DNA from: Phoronis australis
Taxonomy: Eukaryota; Animalia; Phoronida
NCBI GenBank assembly: GCA_002633005.1
Contig: NMRA01000464.1
Location: 248,001-312,000, forward strand
Direction: 5' to 3'
Length of the DNA: 64,000 bases
Shown here: piece after piece, positions 1 to 13,300 of the stretch
Position numbering within the stretch: the first letter of the stretch is position 1
Layout of the letters: the number at the start of each line of letters is the position of its first letter
Notes under the pieces: model-generated
Seen by the model: only the letters and a program-made list of their open reading frames with translations
Database searches by the model: none
What the model was told of the DNA's origin: nothing
Position numbers and translations under genes: made by a program

Positions 1-130
1 GAAAATACCTACTAAATACCCTTTCTTTATATTCTTTTCGCCTTTCGTGCCAAAAGCGATTTTTTAACAGTATTTGAGCCTTCTCTGTGAGCGTATAATT
101 ACCGGCTGTCATTGTTTATTTCCATACCCA
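1..130 (+). repeat. Dispersed repeat shared with 36290-36468
   Basis: GCCAAAAGCGATTTTTTAACAGTATTTGAxCCTTCTCTGTGAGCGTATAATTAC occurs in both. Confidence 0.7.
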
Positions 131-1434
131 CATTTTCGGCTCGTCAGTTCAGGAACTTGTCCTGAACGCTGCCATTTGTCCTTGTAAGTGAATGTGCTAT
201 TGCTTGCTCGAAAAGTCTTCACTATTTTGTTTTATTAGTAATATCTCGTGATTCGTTTGCATATGTAGTGTATTTATAATTTATAGTTAGAGGTCGTTGA
301 ATTTTTTTGAAACGTTACGTGTACTTATTATGTTAAAATAGCATTGGTGTTTAGTTCCTTATGTAGGGCGGTTGAACCTAGGAACCAACATGAGTCGAAC
401 CAATTTTTTTCGTTTTGATTTTTTTTTCATTTTGAGAAAGTACTTTGCTATCATCGGAAAGATAGTGCATTCTACTCAGTAAAAATCAAAAAAGTATCAA
501 AATCGGGGCAAGCAGTATAAAGTTATTACAATTTTTGTGGCAAAATTTGGGACACTTTGTTTGGATCGCGTCGGCCATATTGGAGGACAGCGGGATAAGT
601 TACGAGTTTAAAACATTGTGTAAATTGTTTTCGCCAACAATTTACAGTGAAATTTAGTGAGACATATCTTTACTTACTATTCTGCACCATTCAACAGTTT
701 TCACCATATTTCAGCCTCGCAGTTGTTACTTATTAAGTGTTAAATGGGCTCACAATTCCCATTTCTGGCGCCACCGACAACATGGCGACTTTTGCTGAAC
801 TGGAAGGCATATTCAACCTGTTACTTTGTAATTTGTGAAGATTTAACGTTAATACATTTTGACAAACGTTGCTACAAAAATGAACTTAGTTCAATTTTCA
901 TGTTTTTGGTGCAAAAATATAAGATATATTCAAATTATTTTACTGCAAATTTCCCATTCAGGTGACCTTACACTAAGCTAAAAAAATAGTTGAAATAATT
1001 TTGAAATGGTTTTTTGTTTGACTGTTAACTGCTGTTCAAGGCTTGATTCGGTGTCACAAAATGATTCATATTTTTCTAAATTTCAAGTCTAAATTGCTTT
1101 CAAGTCATGTTTTGTAACTTATTGCTTTTTAATTCAGTTTATCAAGTCAACAATATGAAGAATATCAATTTGAGAAATAAGCTATCAGGTTGAGAGGCTT
1201 CAAGCCTCCAATACTTGTTCTTTGCAACTTCATATTTTTTTAAATCATGCTTGTCCAATTCTGGTGTAAGGACGCACTACTCGGTCACCATGGTAATAGT
1301 AACATGTATGTCCACTTTCATATCATGGAAACTTTTGCTGTCGGATAGTGTTTGTAATGCTAAATGTTGTAAAGTATTGTGCATTTTAAGTTATTTATCA
1401 TGGTAAAAAGTTGAATCATTTTGGTTTAATGAAT

Positions 1435-3167
1435 AAACAAGAGCGAAGCGGAGCATTGGAATGTGCCCACGAATGCATCGCAAATGGTGTGCTTTTAGGG
1501 TTATTTATTTGTATCATAAAAATGGCCGCTAGATGGTGCAAAAATGTACAATCCATCCAAAAATAGGAACAAGCCATATTTCATAAAAATCTGTCAAGGA
1601 ACTTCAGAGAAACAAAGGAAAACAGAACAAAATGAAATTGCCACTTGTGGGCACAGTGTCTGTTCCATACGCTTGAAAGTCGTCGTCTATTATCTTCACA
1701 TAAATTCACTTACTAAATTTAATAAAGATCCTGTAGTGGGTTTTGGAGATACAGCTAAGGGCACAAAACAAAACAAAACTACCACTAGGAGGCACCACAG
1801 TAGTCAGTTGCCATCATCAAACGTCCTCTTCACACTGAAGACATATACACCAATTTTCAAAACCATCCCTAGAACGATTTGGTTGATCGAGGGGTGGACG
1901 TCAAAAACAAGATTTGAAAACACCAAAAATGGCCACCAGGTGGTGCAAAATACCTCGATTCCATCCAAAAACAGGATGATAGCGTATTCTCACCAACAGA
2001 TGCCTATAGGACCTTTTATTTGAAGATACAGACTGGTAAAAGTAAAAAACTAAAATTGCCACTAGGGGGCACACCAGTAATCAGATCTGTCCGAAAGTCG
2101 TTGTCGTCCATTGTCAACATCATATCAATACACTTGCTAAATTAAGTAAAGATCGTGCAAACAGTTTAATAGATATAGCCATGAGCGCAAAAAACCAAAA
2201 CTGCCACTCGGAGGCGCCACAGTAGTTGAACTCCTCGAAAAATCGTCGTCAGCAGTCCACTTCATAGTAAAAACATACATGTAAATTTTCACAATTCTCC
2301 TGAAATCGGTTTGGTTTGTAGACGAGTGGACGCCAAAAAACAGACTCGAAAACAGTAAAAGTGGCCACTAGGTGAGACAAACTAGGTCGAATCCATCTGA
2401 AAACAAAGAGATAGCGTCACCTCATTAACAGATGCCTGTATGCCAAATTTTATGAAAATTCGTTGAGGACCTTTGAACATACAGAGGTAGACGTAAAAAA
2501 ATAAAAATTGCCACTAGCTGGCACACCAGTAGTCAGATCCATCTGAAAGTCGTCGTCCTTCATTGTTAACATCACATAAATACACTTACTCAATTTAGTA
2601 AAGATCCTGTGAACTGTTTAGGGGATACAGCCATAGGCGCAAAAAAAAACTGCTTCTAGGAGGTGCCACAGTAGTTAAAATCGTCGGAAAATCATCATCA
2701 GCCATCCACTTCATAGTAAGAACATACATGCCAATTTTCACAATCATCCTTCGAGCGGTTTGGTTGAAAGAGGGATGGATGCAAAAAAACAGACTCGAAA
2801 TCAGTAAAAATGGCCACTACATGGCGCAAACTATGTCAAATCCATCTGAACACATAAGGATAGCATCATCTCATTAATAGGTGCCCATATACCAAATTTT
2901 ATGAAAATCCAGTCAGGACTTTTGAAGATACAGAGGTAAACGTAAAAAACTAAAATTGCCACTAGGGGGCACACCAGTACTCAGCTCCGTCCGAAAGTTC
3001 GCTCATGCCGTCCCATCTACGGAAGGAACACATGTGCAAAATTTCATGAACATACGTCAAGGCGTTTTGGATAGAGCAGCGGACGCTGGATGAACGGACG
3101 CCGAACAGACGCCGGACGGAGATGACGGCATAATGCGTCCACATATAAATATGTGGGAGCATAAAAA
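1435..3167 (+). mobile_element. Non-autonomous Helentron/DINE-like element, family A copy 1, with internal ~145-bp subrepeats
   Basis: Starts AAACAAGAGC and ends in hairpin CCACATA-TAAA-TATGTGG-GAGCATAAAAA, preceded by a GACG/CGGA-rich tract. Internal tandem subunits form a ~440-bp higher-order period. Homologous to 22238-22712, 44583-45893 and 54143-55680. Confidence 0.75.
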
Positions 3168-3799
3168 TGATAACATTTTGTATTGGATTTGTCATACTTA
3201 TGTACTTGAATGAGCCCCCAATTTGGAGAAATGTAAAAAGGTCTGCCTCAGTCAGAGAAGCATGAACTCTGAAAAAAGTAGAAAACGACACAAAATTCCA
3301 CTAGAAGACAAGAAGTACCAAAATTTAGCGTCTGCAATTCATAGCTCTGAACATACCCAGTGAATGTTATAGTAAAAGGCAGACATTCCCAAAAATTCCA
3401 GCCCCCCATTTTTTTAGGCTTGGTGTGCTCATACCAAGTCTGGGAAAATCTCTGTTGAAAGCCAACAACTTTGCACAGTTTGTCAGAAGACCCCAAGTTC
3501 TAAATAAACCTCGTTTGAGCGAGCGCTGTGGCCAGCGACCAGGTAGGCCTAAGGGTAGCCTTGGTGCAAAGCTGTATAGGCCTACTAACAAGGTGTACTT
3601 TGAAGACAGTCTTCATACTGGTAGCTGGCACTGAGGCTGGCTAAACCAAGGGCTGCCGCGGCAGTGTGACACAGGACTAACCAGCCTGTAATTTTATGCA
3701 AGTGTCTGAAACTACCTTTGAATATATACAGCATTTATGATTTGAACATTTTACTTGGACAAAACACATTGCAAAATGCCTTTACCATTTGCCAGTGTC

Positions 3800-4175
3800 T
3801 CGATCTGCAGCAGGTCCGAAAAGCTGCAGTCCCAAGTCCGGCAAAATAATTTGTCAGAATTTCCCTCAGCAAATTCGATAAAGTTGTCCGTATTTTGATT
3901 TCATTAAAATTAAGGCGTGCTGTCAATTATTTTACCCCCGTTTGCAGGCTGGTAACAGGCACTCCTCCAGTTGCACTGACGGCGTTTTCTTAGTCTGGGT
4001 TCCTGAATAAATTGTACTTCCGGGTTTGCGGTAAGTTCAAAATGGCCGTGTGTTCTTCAGGTGCGAATCGTGAGGAGCGCGTTTATTTAAGCTTTATTCG
4101 ATTACGGATTGTGTATTAGTTATGGGGTAGGTACTTCTTGGATCCTTATAACATCCTCTAACCATGTAATAAGGG
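3800..4175 (-). mobile_element. Inverted copy of the 11024-11600 repeat
   Basis: Reverse complement CCCTTATTACATGGTTAGAGGATGTTAT matches CCCTTATTAGATGGTTAGAACATGTTAT. Confidence 0.55.
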
Positions 4176-4241
4176 TTAAAAACGTGTGAGACCAGGACTT
4201 AAAAAGACCTTGTTAAGCAATCACACACTCCACTCTATTAC

Positions 4242-4388
4242 CAGTAGCATGTTTTCCTTGACAAATGGCGTGATGAGATGGGCCTTGAGGGAAGTCATGA
4301 TCTCCAGAAAGTCCAGCGAACTGATGAAGCCTGTGTTGTTTTTGTCACACTTCTTGAACGCTTGGATAGCGTGCTCCTCGTGAAAGTC
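4242..4388 (-). CDS. SLC25A12: SLC25A12/13 exon 7 ([11 protein letters not shown]...KENMLL)
   Basis: [29 protein letters not shown]-hand-like motif; 147 nt, phase 0-0. Confidence 0.93.
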
Positions 4389-7300
4389 CTGAAAAGATAA
4401 GAAGATGTCACAGGAACAGAAAAGCAGCAAAGTTTCTACCTCCTCCATGATAAGAATTCAACTCACACATCACCAGTATAGAGAAAACACACAAAGTTGA
4501 ACATATGCATTTGTACTAACTGAGCAATATGAATTAAAACGTAAGTACAATAGGCAATTCTCCCCATCCCATACTTTATTGTATTCGAGGCCAGAGGTCC
4601 AAAGTACAGCAACAAACATATAAACAAGCACAGTTGAATACAAAACATCCGAGTTAAACAATTTTTCTCTACGCACTGTGGCTAAATATACGAACTTCAC
4701 AATGTTCACAATTCTCCCCATCTTTGGGATTCAGCATGATACGTTTGACGTAAATGCCGACTACACAACTTCCGTAAAAAGAACATTAAGAAACTGAAAG
4801 ACTCAAAGTCAGGGACCAATCTGGTGAGGATCCTGGAGTCTGGCCTAAAGTTTGGTCACTAGGTATGGAGTATTTTCAGCAAGTGTGTGGACGACTGTAG
4901 CTTGAAGGTCTTTCATCTGAACCACGAGTTGGGTGTTTAGGTCTTGTACTAAGGTTCAGTACCAAGGAAATATTTCCACCCCTAGTAGCAAGCTACTGGA
5001 ACAGTACTAGTTACATAATAAATACATTACAATAACTCTTCAGTTATTTAGCACACAATATGCCAACAAGGAAAACTCTGTTTTGCCAAATTTATCCACA
5101 AAAATAAAGATTTAAGAAAATGTTAATCTATTACTAGCATATGATTGTTTGTACTGTGTAAATGTCATAAAATAACATTTGGTAAAATTTCCATCATTTG
5201 CAGCAAGGTAACCAGCCCAAGAAAAATGACAAATGATAATTTTGGCAACTACTTTGTGTAGGTGGAGAATTAATGAAAGCAATTTACAATTATAGTGAGA
5301 GCCACAGGTCAACTCATGACTTACGTGCAAAATCTGAGTGAATTCTGCATAGCTGACATGACGCTGTTTGGTTTTGCCAAAGTGTAGCTTCATGAATTCA
5401 CTATTGAAGTCAAACGGCATCTTTTCAAAAATTGTTGTGTGACTCAGCACCGATTCGAATTCCTCTGTAAAGAGAAAGCACACTGAATGTATATTTGTGA
5501 TCAGCAAATAACAGAAAAATAACAGCTAAAGCTGGAACACATTTGCAAAAGAATGAAACAGTCATTCAATAATAATACATACTACGACGATGCATCATAG
5601 TCTGCTATCTGCTATGCCAGTCACCAAGTGGCAAGTCTGGTCACCCAGAACTGCCAAACATCATGTCGTGGAAATCGATGACATTTCATGAGTCTGCTCA
5701 AAAGCAATTCGGCAAAGGTACAATTTACTAGCAAGGAAACCGACAAAGTGATCATCAAACACGCTCGTAAGGCCTCCAATTTATGGATCAGTTTAGGGTC
5801 CCTATTGGCTACATTACATTTTCCTGTCCTTTTCACATTCATTTCTTGGAGGGGTGTACCTTTCATGTTAGTTTGTACGCACTCCCAGAACATCAGTAAA
5901 GTATGACTGGCCTAAATGACAACCACAATCGAATCCAAATTAACCAAACATGTAAATCCACACTTCGAATTTGTATTTTCACAATATGGTGAAATCTATG
6001 GCCATGAATTTTTATTTCCCCATGGACCTGATCTGCAAAACCCCCTATCCCTAACAATAAATTTGTTGTTAGTTTTAAGACATTGTAAACTGATCACCTG
6101 ATCTGCATCGATGTTTTATTACATTCTGAATGCAATACATATTATACATATGGCTACTTGGCAAAAAAGGTGCGATTGTCGACAATTTGCCAGTTGACCC
6201 GAACTAAGCAATCACAGCGTGTCATTGAAAATTTGTACCCCAATGATGCGGGAAGCACTCCTAAAAATATTGCGAGCACGGAGATGAAGCTCACCAGATG
6301 TGATGAAGCCGGTTCCATTCTTGTCAAACAGTTGGAACGCCAATGCATACATGGCATCTGGGGAACACAGGATGGATTCAAATGCCTGGAACTCTTCAAA
6401 TGTGATGTAACTGGAAAGAAATTAAAAACTCAAAAGTTTAATGGTATCTCAAACCATATTTAGTGACCTTCATGTGACCTTCATTCTAACACATATATCA
6501 AGGTACATTCGTATCAAAATAAGTCCTTGATCGATTTTAATGACAACTTTTTTTGAGGGAAACTTCACAATTCACCTCAAAAACTATGTTAGGAATTTTT
6601 GATGACTCATTTAGTTTTGTTTCTATGTCAAATTAACTCACAAAACGTAAGGTATTTTAGTAAAAAATAGCAGTCATAGTCGTCTATCTTATAGTACGCA
6701 AAAATTAGACGTTTTAAAGAAAAATCCTAACAGCGTTTGTAAGAAAGGTGAATAGATATTAAAATTGGAAAGTTTCCGTATAAATCACCAAGCCATTTTC
6801 GAGAACTCATGTTCCTAAGTTCAAATTAAGTTGATTTGCCGAAGCTGAGAAAAAGCGGAAAATGTTGCGAGTCTTCAAATATCACGGTTATGGCTAAATC
6901 ATTTGGTGAAAACTTGTTTTCGGTCAATATAACCTATATATGCCTTAACCATGTTCGGTATTTCAACACTCACTCACAATGTCAACTGAATTTGCAGTGC
7001 GTAATTAACTTAATTATCACTATAACATTTTAATTTTGTGAATGTGCCTCGAGTCTGACTGGGACAAAGGCGAGCTAGTTAAATGGGTCAACAGTTCGTT
7101 GTGATACCCACCACGTGCCGCAAGACTGATATCAAGAAACCAAGTACAAAATGGACAATAGAAATCGAGCCGGTGATTAAAGCATGATATCGTAACAGCG
7201 AAATGTCAAATTACTGATCAAAATTAATGAATTTGGTTGACTATTTATCTTTTTTCAAAGCTGTGTTCATATTTATAGAACAGTTTCAACATCGTGGCTG

Positions 7301-10300
7301 AACTGTGAAATTTATTCCATCAAAATTTTAGTCATATGATAAACTGAAAGGAAACTTTTCTTCAATATTTCTACAGTTTGTATTGTACAGCTATTATTGA
7401 CAAAACCCACAGTGAAATTTCCAGCACTTTTAACAATGCAGTGAGCCAGAATATTGTCATTTTGGCAATCTTTTTTGTTTGACTTTGGAAACTTAACCAT
7501 AATGTCAACACAATGTCACCTCATAATAGAATTAGTAGAAAAAAAGCCTTCCAATAATGGCAAACCCGTTAAGTTCCATTGGTAATTTTAAAGTTTCATC
7601 TGTTCAACTCACTCAGACATACTGGGGTATCTGACATTATCAGTGGAAGTTCCTGCCCATCTACTCGTCTCAACTTGACACGTGTCAGATAACCGCCTGA
7701 ATCTGCTCATCAATCAGAGTACCAGATGCATGATAGTGTTCATGCATCCAAGTACCCACATACAAAGTGTTCATGTATCCAAGTACCCACACACAAAATG
7801 ATCATACATCCACGTACCCACATACAAAGTGTTCATGCATCCAAGTACCCATATACAAAGTGTTCATGTATCCAAGTACCCACATACAAAGAGTTCATGC
7901 ATTCACATACTACCATACAAAGTGTTCATGCATCCAAGTACCCACAAAGTGGCGACATTAAGATTGTACCCTAATATGAAAAAAAAACAGATTAAACAGC
8001 TTTTTAAGATGAACTACTGTTCGCAAACTGACCATGGCACTTTTGGCTACACTAGTTTAAATAGTATTCAATGTACTGAAAACAAACAGAATTAGAATCT
8101 TTTGATACACTACAAAAGTTGACATCGGTCAGCTGACACAGAACAAGATGATTGGGTACAAGCATGTGCTTAAATGCAACTGATATGGAACAATTTGAAA
8201 CCACAGTGACAAATTTTGTCACCAATTAGTGAGGTAGAGCAAGTTGCACCTCATCACCTTGCTCCGTGTCAACCATAAATTTAAACGCGAAACTGGGGAA
8301 AGGCCATACCACAGCAGAGCCTGGTGAAGTAAAGCTCGAAAGCCCCGTGTTATAAAAAGCGAAGTGTTCCTCATTCCTAACTAGTCCATTGTATGATCTG
8401 TGTACACTGTAAATTGACTGCTGGCAGATGGGCAGACACAGTGATCGACGAGGTACTCCCACCTGATCGCTACATTGCCAGCTTCCCAGGCTGGCCCAGT
8501 GACGAGTTCAGTTTCGTCTGACAAAATCCGCGCTCCAGTGCTTCCACGGCAAGAGCAAGAAAGGCGTAAGTTGTTTTTATTTTATGTTTACTATTTGAGT
8601 ACACTTATTGTTCATTTTTGTGCCACGGTGTCGAAGACAGTCAGTCTAACAATTGTCATTAGCCGGTTAGGTAGGGTTGTTTGCCTCTCGAACCCTGAGA
8701 GCTACTACACCATAGCTAACAGTAGAAGGCAAGAATGCACCAAGATTTAGAAGCGCGTCACAGTAACCTCAGTGAGGTAATTCTGCATGTTTAAGGATTT
8801 AAATTATCTTAGTTTATCAGTAGTGTGTGAATTATTTTAACACAAGATTATTAACTTATAATGGCTACAGGCACAATGCACAGAGAATGGATGCCAGGAT
8901 GGCTGCAGGTACAATACACAGAATGTATGCCAGGATGGCTGCAGGTACAATACACACAGACAATGGATGCCAGGATGTCTACAGGTACAATACACAGACA
9001 ATTCCAAAACATGCAAAAATACCAGAAACAGGATTGGCTAGCAATCAGAAAATCCCAACTCAGTGTAACAGTGTCAATGTACTGGATATATATTCAATGG
9101 GGCAAATAAACTTGCAGGCTATATATTGTTCTGAGGTGTATACCTTATGGGGTATGTATATTTGCAGGGTATATAGTGTTTTCATACCCCGAAACAAGGT
9201 CTCAAAATTTTACCCCACTTCAAGGTTTCAGATAATAACCCCACATTTACCTATATACAGTATATGTAATAGGTGATCATTTTTGTGCAATTTCTACCTT
9301 TTGCCAATCAGATGTTCGGCGCTTTGTCTTTTAAGTTTCATACATGTCAGAATCTTGACCACCATTTATTTTGTCAGGAAATTGTCAAAAAATAACTCAA
9401 CAGTCAGGACAAGTTTCAATTCAAATGCTTGGTTATGTACAATAGCCTACTGATGAAAGCGTCAATCGGCCAATCACAAAAATTCTTTGAAGCAAAACTC
9501 AAAGTCATGATTTGCGTACACTTAGGAGAAATTAAACACCATAACACTGGAGGCGGCGGCGGCGGCAGCAGCAGCAATAACCATGAATTATGACTCCCGC
9601 AATTTGAATCTTTGCACATGAGCACTCCACATTCCTGCGTACAATTTCAGCCTTGCCACCGGTTCTGAGTTGCGTGCGATTAAACGTCCGCTTGACACCG
9701 ATCATCTTGCGTCACGTCAAATGTTAATGTCTAAATGGGACTTCAGGCACTTATCACTAAGTAGTTAATGCAAGCTTACAATTTGTTGTACCTGTGATTC
9801 TTCATTACTTTTTTATTAGAATTTCAAAAATCCACATGTCATGTCTGTTACAAAATCCATGTCATGGAATGCACCTTTAGTGGAATCAATGGTAATGTTT
9901 TGGGGGATAAAACGACTTAATGGGAACTGGTTCAGGTATCAATATCCCCTCATTAAGATTTTTCAGCATGTGATATTGTCTCAGTCAAGATCCCACTTTC
10001 TCAGTTGTCCAGGCACTGCACTCAGAGTTTGAATCTGCATTCACATCCACCCAACCATCACGCGGGAAGAGAACTATGGATTTGTTGATAGATGTTCTCA
10101 CATCATCGCCCTCTTACCCATTCTTATTTGTGTCAACTACAAGTGCAAGCAGCTCCAATGTCTTCGGATCGTGTTCTTTCTGTGGTAGTAGGCCAAGGTA
10201 GTGCAGGACAAAGTCCTCATGGGACATGAACCTATCACCAGCTTTTTGCACTGTAGCATACTGAAATGAAAAATGGAAATTAGCGTAAACTGAATGGTAT

Positions 10301-13300
10301 AAGGAAATCACCAATGGGAAAGCGATGATGATATTTCGAACAGGCCTGTACTGGAACGACCAATGGCAAAGCGAGGATTACAGGACTGCCATACTGGAAC
10401 GACCATGGTATCATCCAGAATTTGGGTCAAACTAATGCAGATCTCTACTTATTGACCTGTTGCATCATGGGTGCATCACCAAAAGAGGGCAGCATGTCCA
10501 CTTTAGCACAACAGACTTAATTTTTATAGTGAACCAAACACAGATTAAATTTCATGTTGGCCTTTCTTTTCAATGAAAATAGGTCAAGAGGCTTATTTCA
10601 TTGTTATTCAACCCATTCAATAATCACACAATAGTAGGCCAAATTGGTTTACTCAAACAACAAACATAACAGATTGAATATAACCATTGAACAAGATGTG
10701 GAGAACTGGAAGTGTAATGGTTAAACTAAGAGTTTCTTGGCATCTAGTCAAACCAGGCACCTGGACAAATTCAGCCATGTTCATTATTGTACTTGAGGTT
10801 AAACACCCAAACAAAACAGATAGGATGGCATTGTTGGCACCAGCATTATACTTAGGACATGATCGTTTTTTGTGGACTAAATATGCAGTTATGGGACGGT
10901 TGTTGAATGAGATAGACTTGTTGATGATACCTTTGACCAAAGCTAAGCAACAAAATCAGCTGTTTTGAGATTTTATCACAAATCCCCAATTCTTGCCTAG
11001 AGACTGAGTAGCACACCTTTTAACCCTTATTAGATGGTTAGAACATGTTATAACGAAGCTTTCAGTACCTACTGGTTAATTCTCACAAAATACCCAGGTG
11101 AAAAATTCATAAAAATCCTCACGAACTGGAGCCGAGTGATACTCGCCATTTTAGATTTAACACTAAATCGGAAGTGAGATTCATTAATTAAGGAACGACT
11201 GAATAACAAGGCCGTCTATTCAACTGGACTAAGCCTGTTTTACAGAGAATTACCAGTTAACTCTGGTAAGCAGTATAAACATAACAGCGAACATGCAATG
11301 TCAGAATAGATAAGTAAAACTGCTGTACAGTAAGAATAGTCTAACAACCTGCTAAAATAAAGGACAAGGAAAAACTAAGATACCGATCATCTTGAACAAT
11401 TTTGTTAGGCGGCTGACGGCCAACAATGACCAGCAGCTCATTTCTTATAGAATATCAACTGGTGGTGAAATAACTTCACAAAAACCTGGAATGTTGCCAA
11501 ACAGTATAATGATAGAGGTTAAATTAAATTGAAGAATTTTCATTCAGTCTGAAGCATTTGTACAAGCTACTACTGGAGCCCGGCTGCAGACATCACTGCT
11601 CCGGGGTGCAGGATGAACACATTAATTAGCTCCGCGAGCTTTGAATAGATGAAATTCGTGTGATTACGAGATTTCCCCATCGCTGACATACAACTTATAG
11701 ACTACCACCTTACGTCTGCGGAATGTTTATTTTTAGACAACAGTGCTATCTACTACAAATTTTTGTTATGTTTTAAACCACGTTCTGTCTAATAATTAAA
11801 AATTAAAGTCAATTACCATGTGATTATTTTGCAGGCGAAGTGACACATCAGCCAACTGCTGGGGAATTGCTCACAGGTTGTAATGTCCGGGCAGTAAAAA
11901 TCAAGCACATGTGCGCGCTATTATAGTTCAGGTGAGGAGTACAGTTTTGAGATAACCAATTGTTTTTGTTTGTTGAAACATCACCGTATGTGAATGTTAT
12001 TTTAACGGCCAGTAAACCCGGAACGGATTTGCTGCCAAGTTAATACGAAATGCGTCATCGAGTAATCACACAGCTTTCACAACATGGCAATAAAGAATGG
12101 AGGTTTGCTGATCTAGAAAGGTTTGTCCTCTAATTAATACCCTCGCCATGATTCAGGGCACCTCAATAGTGTTGGCTGCAGGAGATGCGAAGAATTCACA
12201 ATTTAAACATATAATTGCACTAAATACCACTCGTCAAATGCAAATAAAAGATAAAACTTTTACAATAGACAATCATATTTGCTTAGGAAACAAAATGATG
12301 CTCACGGTGATATCAATGCGTTTTCAAGGACAACATGGCCATCATTCAGGAATCTTTCCTGAACTGATGCCACAGAACTCAGGTCACAAAAATAGATAGG
12401 AATAGTTGACGAATTTCTGATCTCGGCCGGGGTACAAAATTGAGCTCAAAAAGGGTTTTAGTTTTGTGACAGGAAAGAGGCAAACAATATACCATGTTAC
12501 AAATTACTTAATTTCAATTGATGTATATTTTCAAGTTTTTGACCTAGGTTAACACTTTGAGATAAGGACTTAAAATACAGTTGGTATGAACCTAAGCTAC
12601 TGCTATTTCTCTGAAGGTACATCTCTTGCTGAGAATGTCCCTTTAAAGGCTATCTTGAATGGTAACCACCTGTAAATTTGGTTCCTATGCAGCATCGCTC
12701 TGAGCTCAACAGTGCAATAAATTGCCCAATGTAATGAAATACTACTAGCTTTTGTTTACATAACCTCGAGAATCACTTAATATTAAGTCATTTTAATAAC
12801 ACTGGCATGCAGTGGTGTTGATTCAGACCCTTATTTGATATAACTGTTGATTAAATCTGCATTTTCATATCTTGCTAAGGCTCTGTTAGGACAATCTGGT
12901 AAGCCCAATACATATAAAAATACAATTCTGTTGAAGTTAGGCATCAAGGTTATCTCAAACCTTATTTAGTGGCCTCCATTCTAACTTGTACATCAAAAAA
13001 ACTAAGCTTTGTCAACTAGTAAAAGTATATATTTTCTGAAAGAAAAAAGATCAGGAAATACAAAAAGTTTGGAAAGTTTCAGCAAAATCCACCAAGCCAT
13101 TGTGTTCCTATGTTCAAATAAAGTCGATTTGCCGATTAAACTGGGAAGAGTGAAATTCACAAGGTCTTTGGTTAATTATTCTGTGAAAACTTGTTTTCGG
13201 TACACATAACCTATACAAGCCCTAACTATGTTAGCTATTTCAACATTCACTCGCAATGTTAACTGATTTTGCAGAGCGTAATTAAGTTAATTATCATTAA

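Noticed and set aside
1544-2023. 159-aa ORF and similar ORFs at 22057-22443, 44936-45136 and 54478-55153
   Set aside because: Chance open frames in a non-coding repeat; frames are not preserved among copies.
7735-7950. Cys/His-rich repetitive ORFs
   Set aside because: Translation artefacts of a 31-bp minisatellite; similar peptides appear in all frames.
8226-8580. GC-richer segment ending in a plus-strand GTAAGT donor-like site
   Set aside because: No recognisable protein, partner exon or second copy in the window.
9549-9580. (GGC)n(AGC)n tract giving a poly-Pro/Leu ORF
   Set aside because: Short intronic microsatellite with no splice or homology support.
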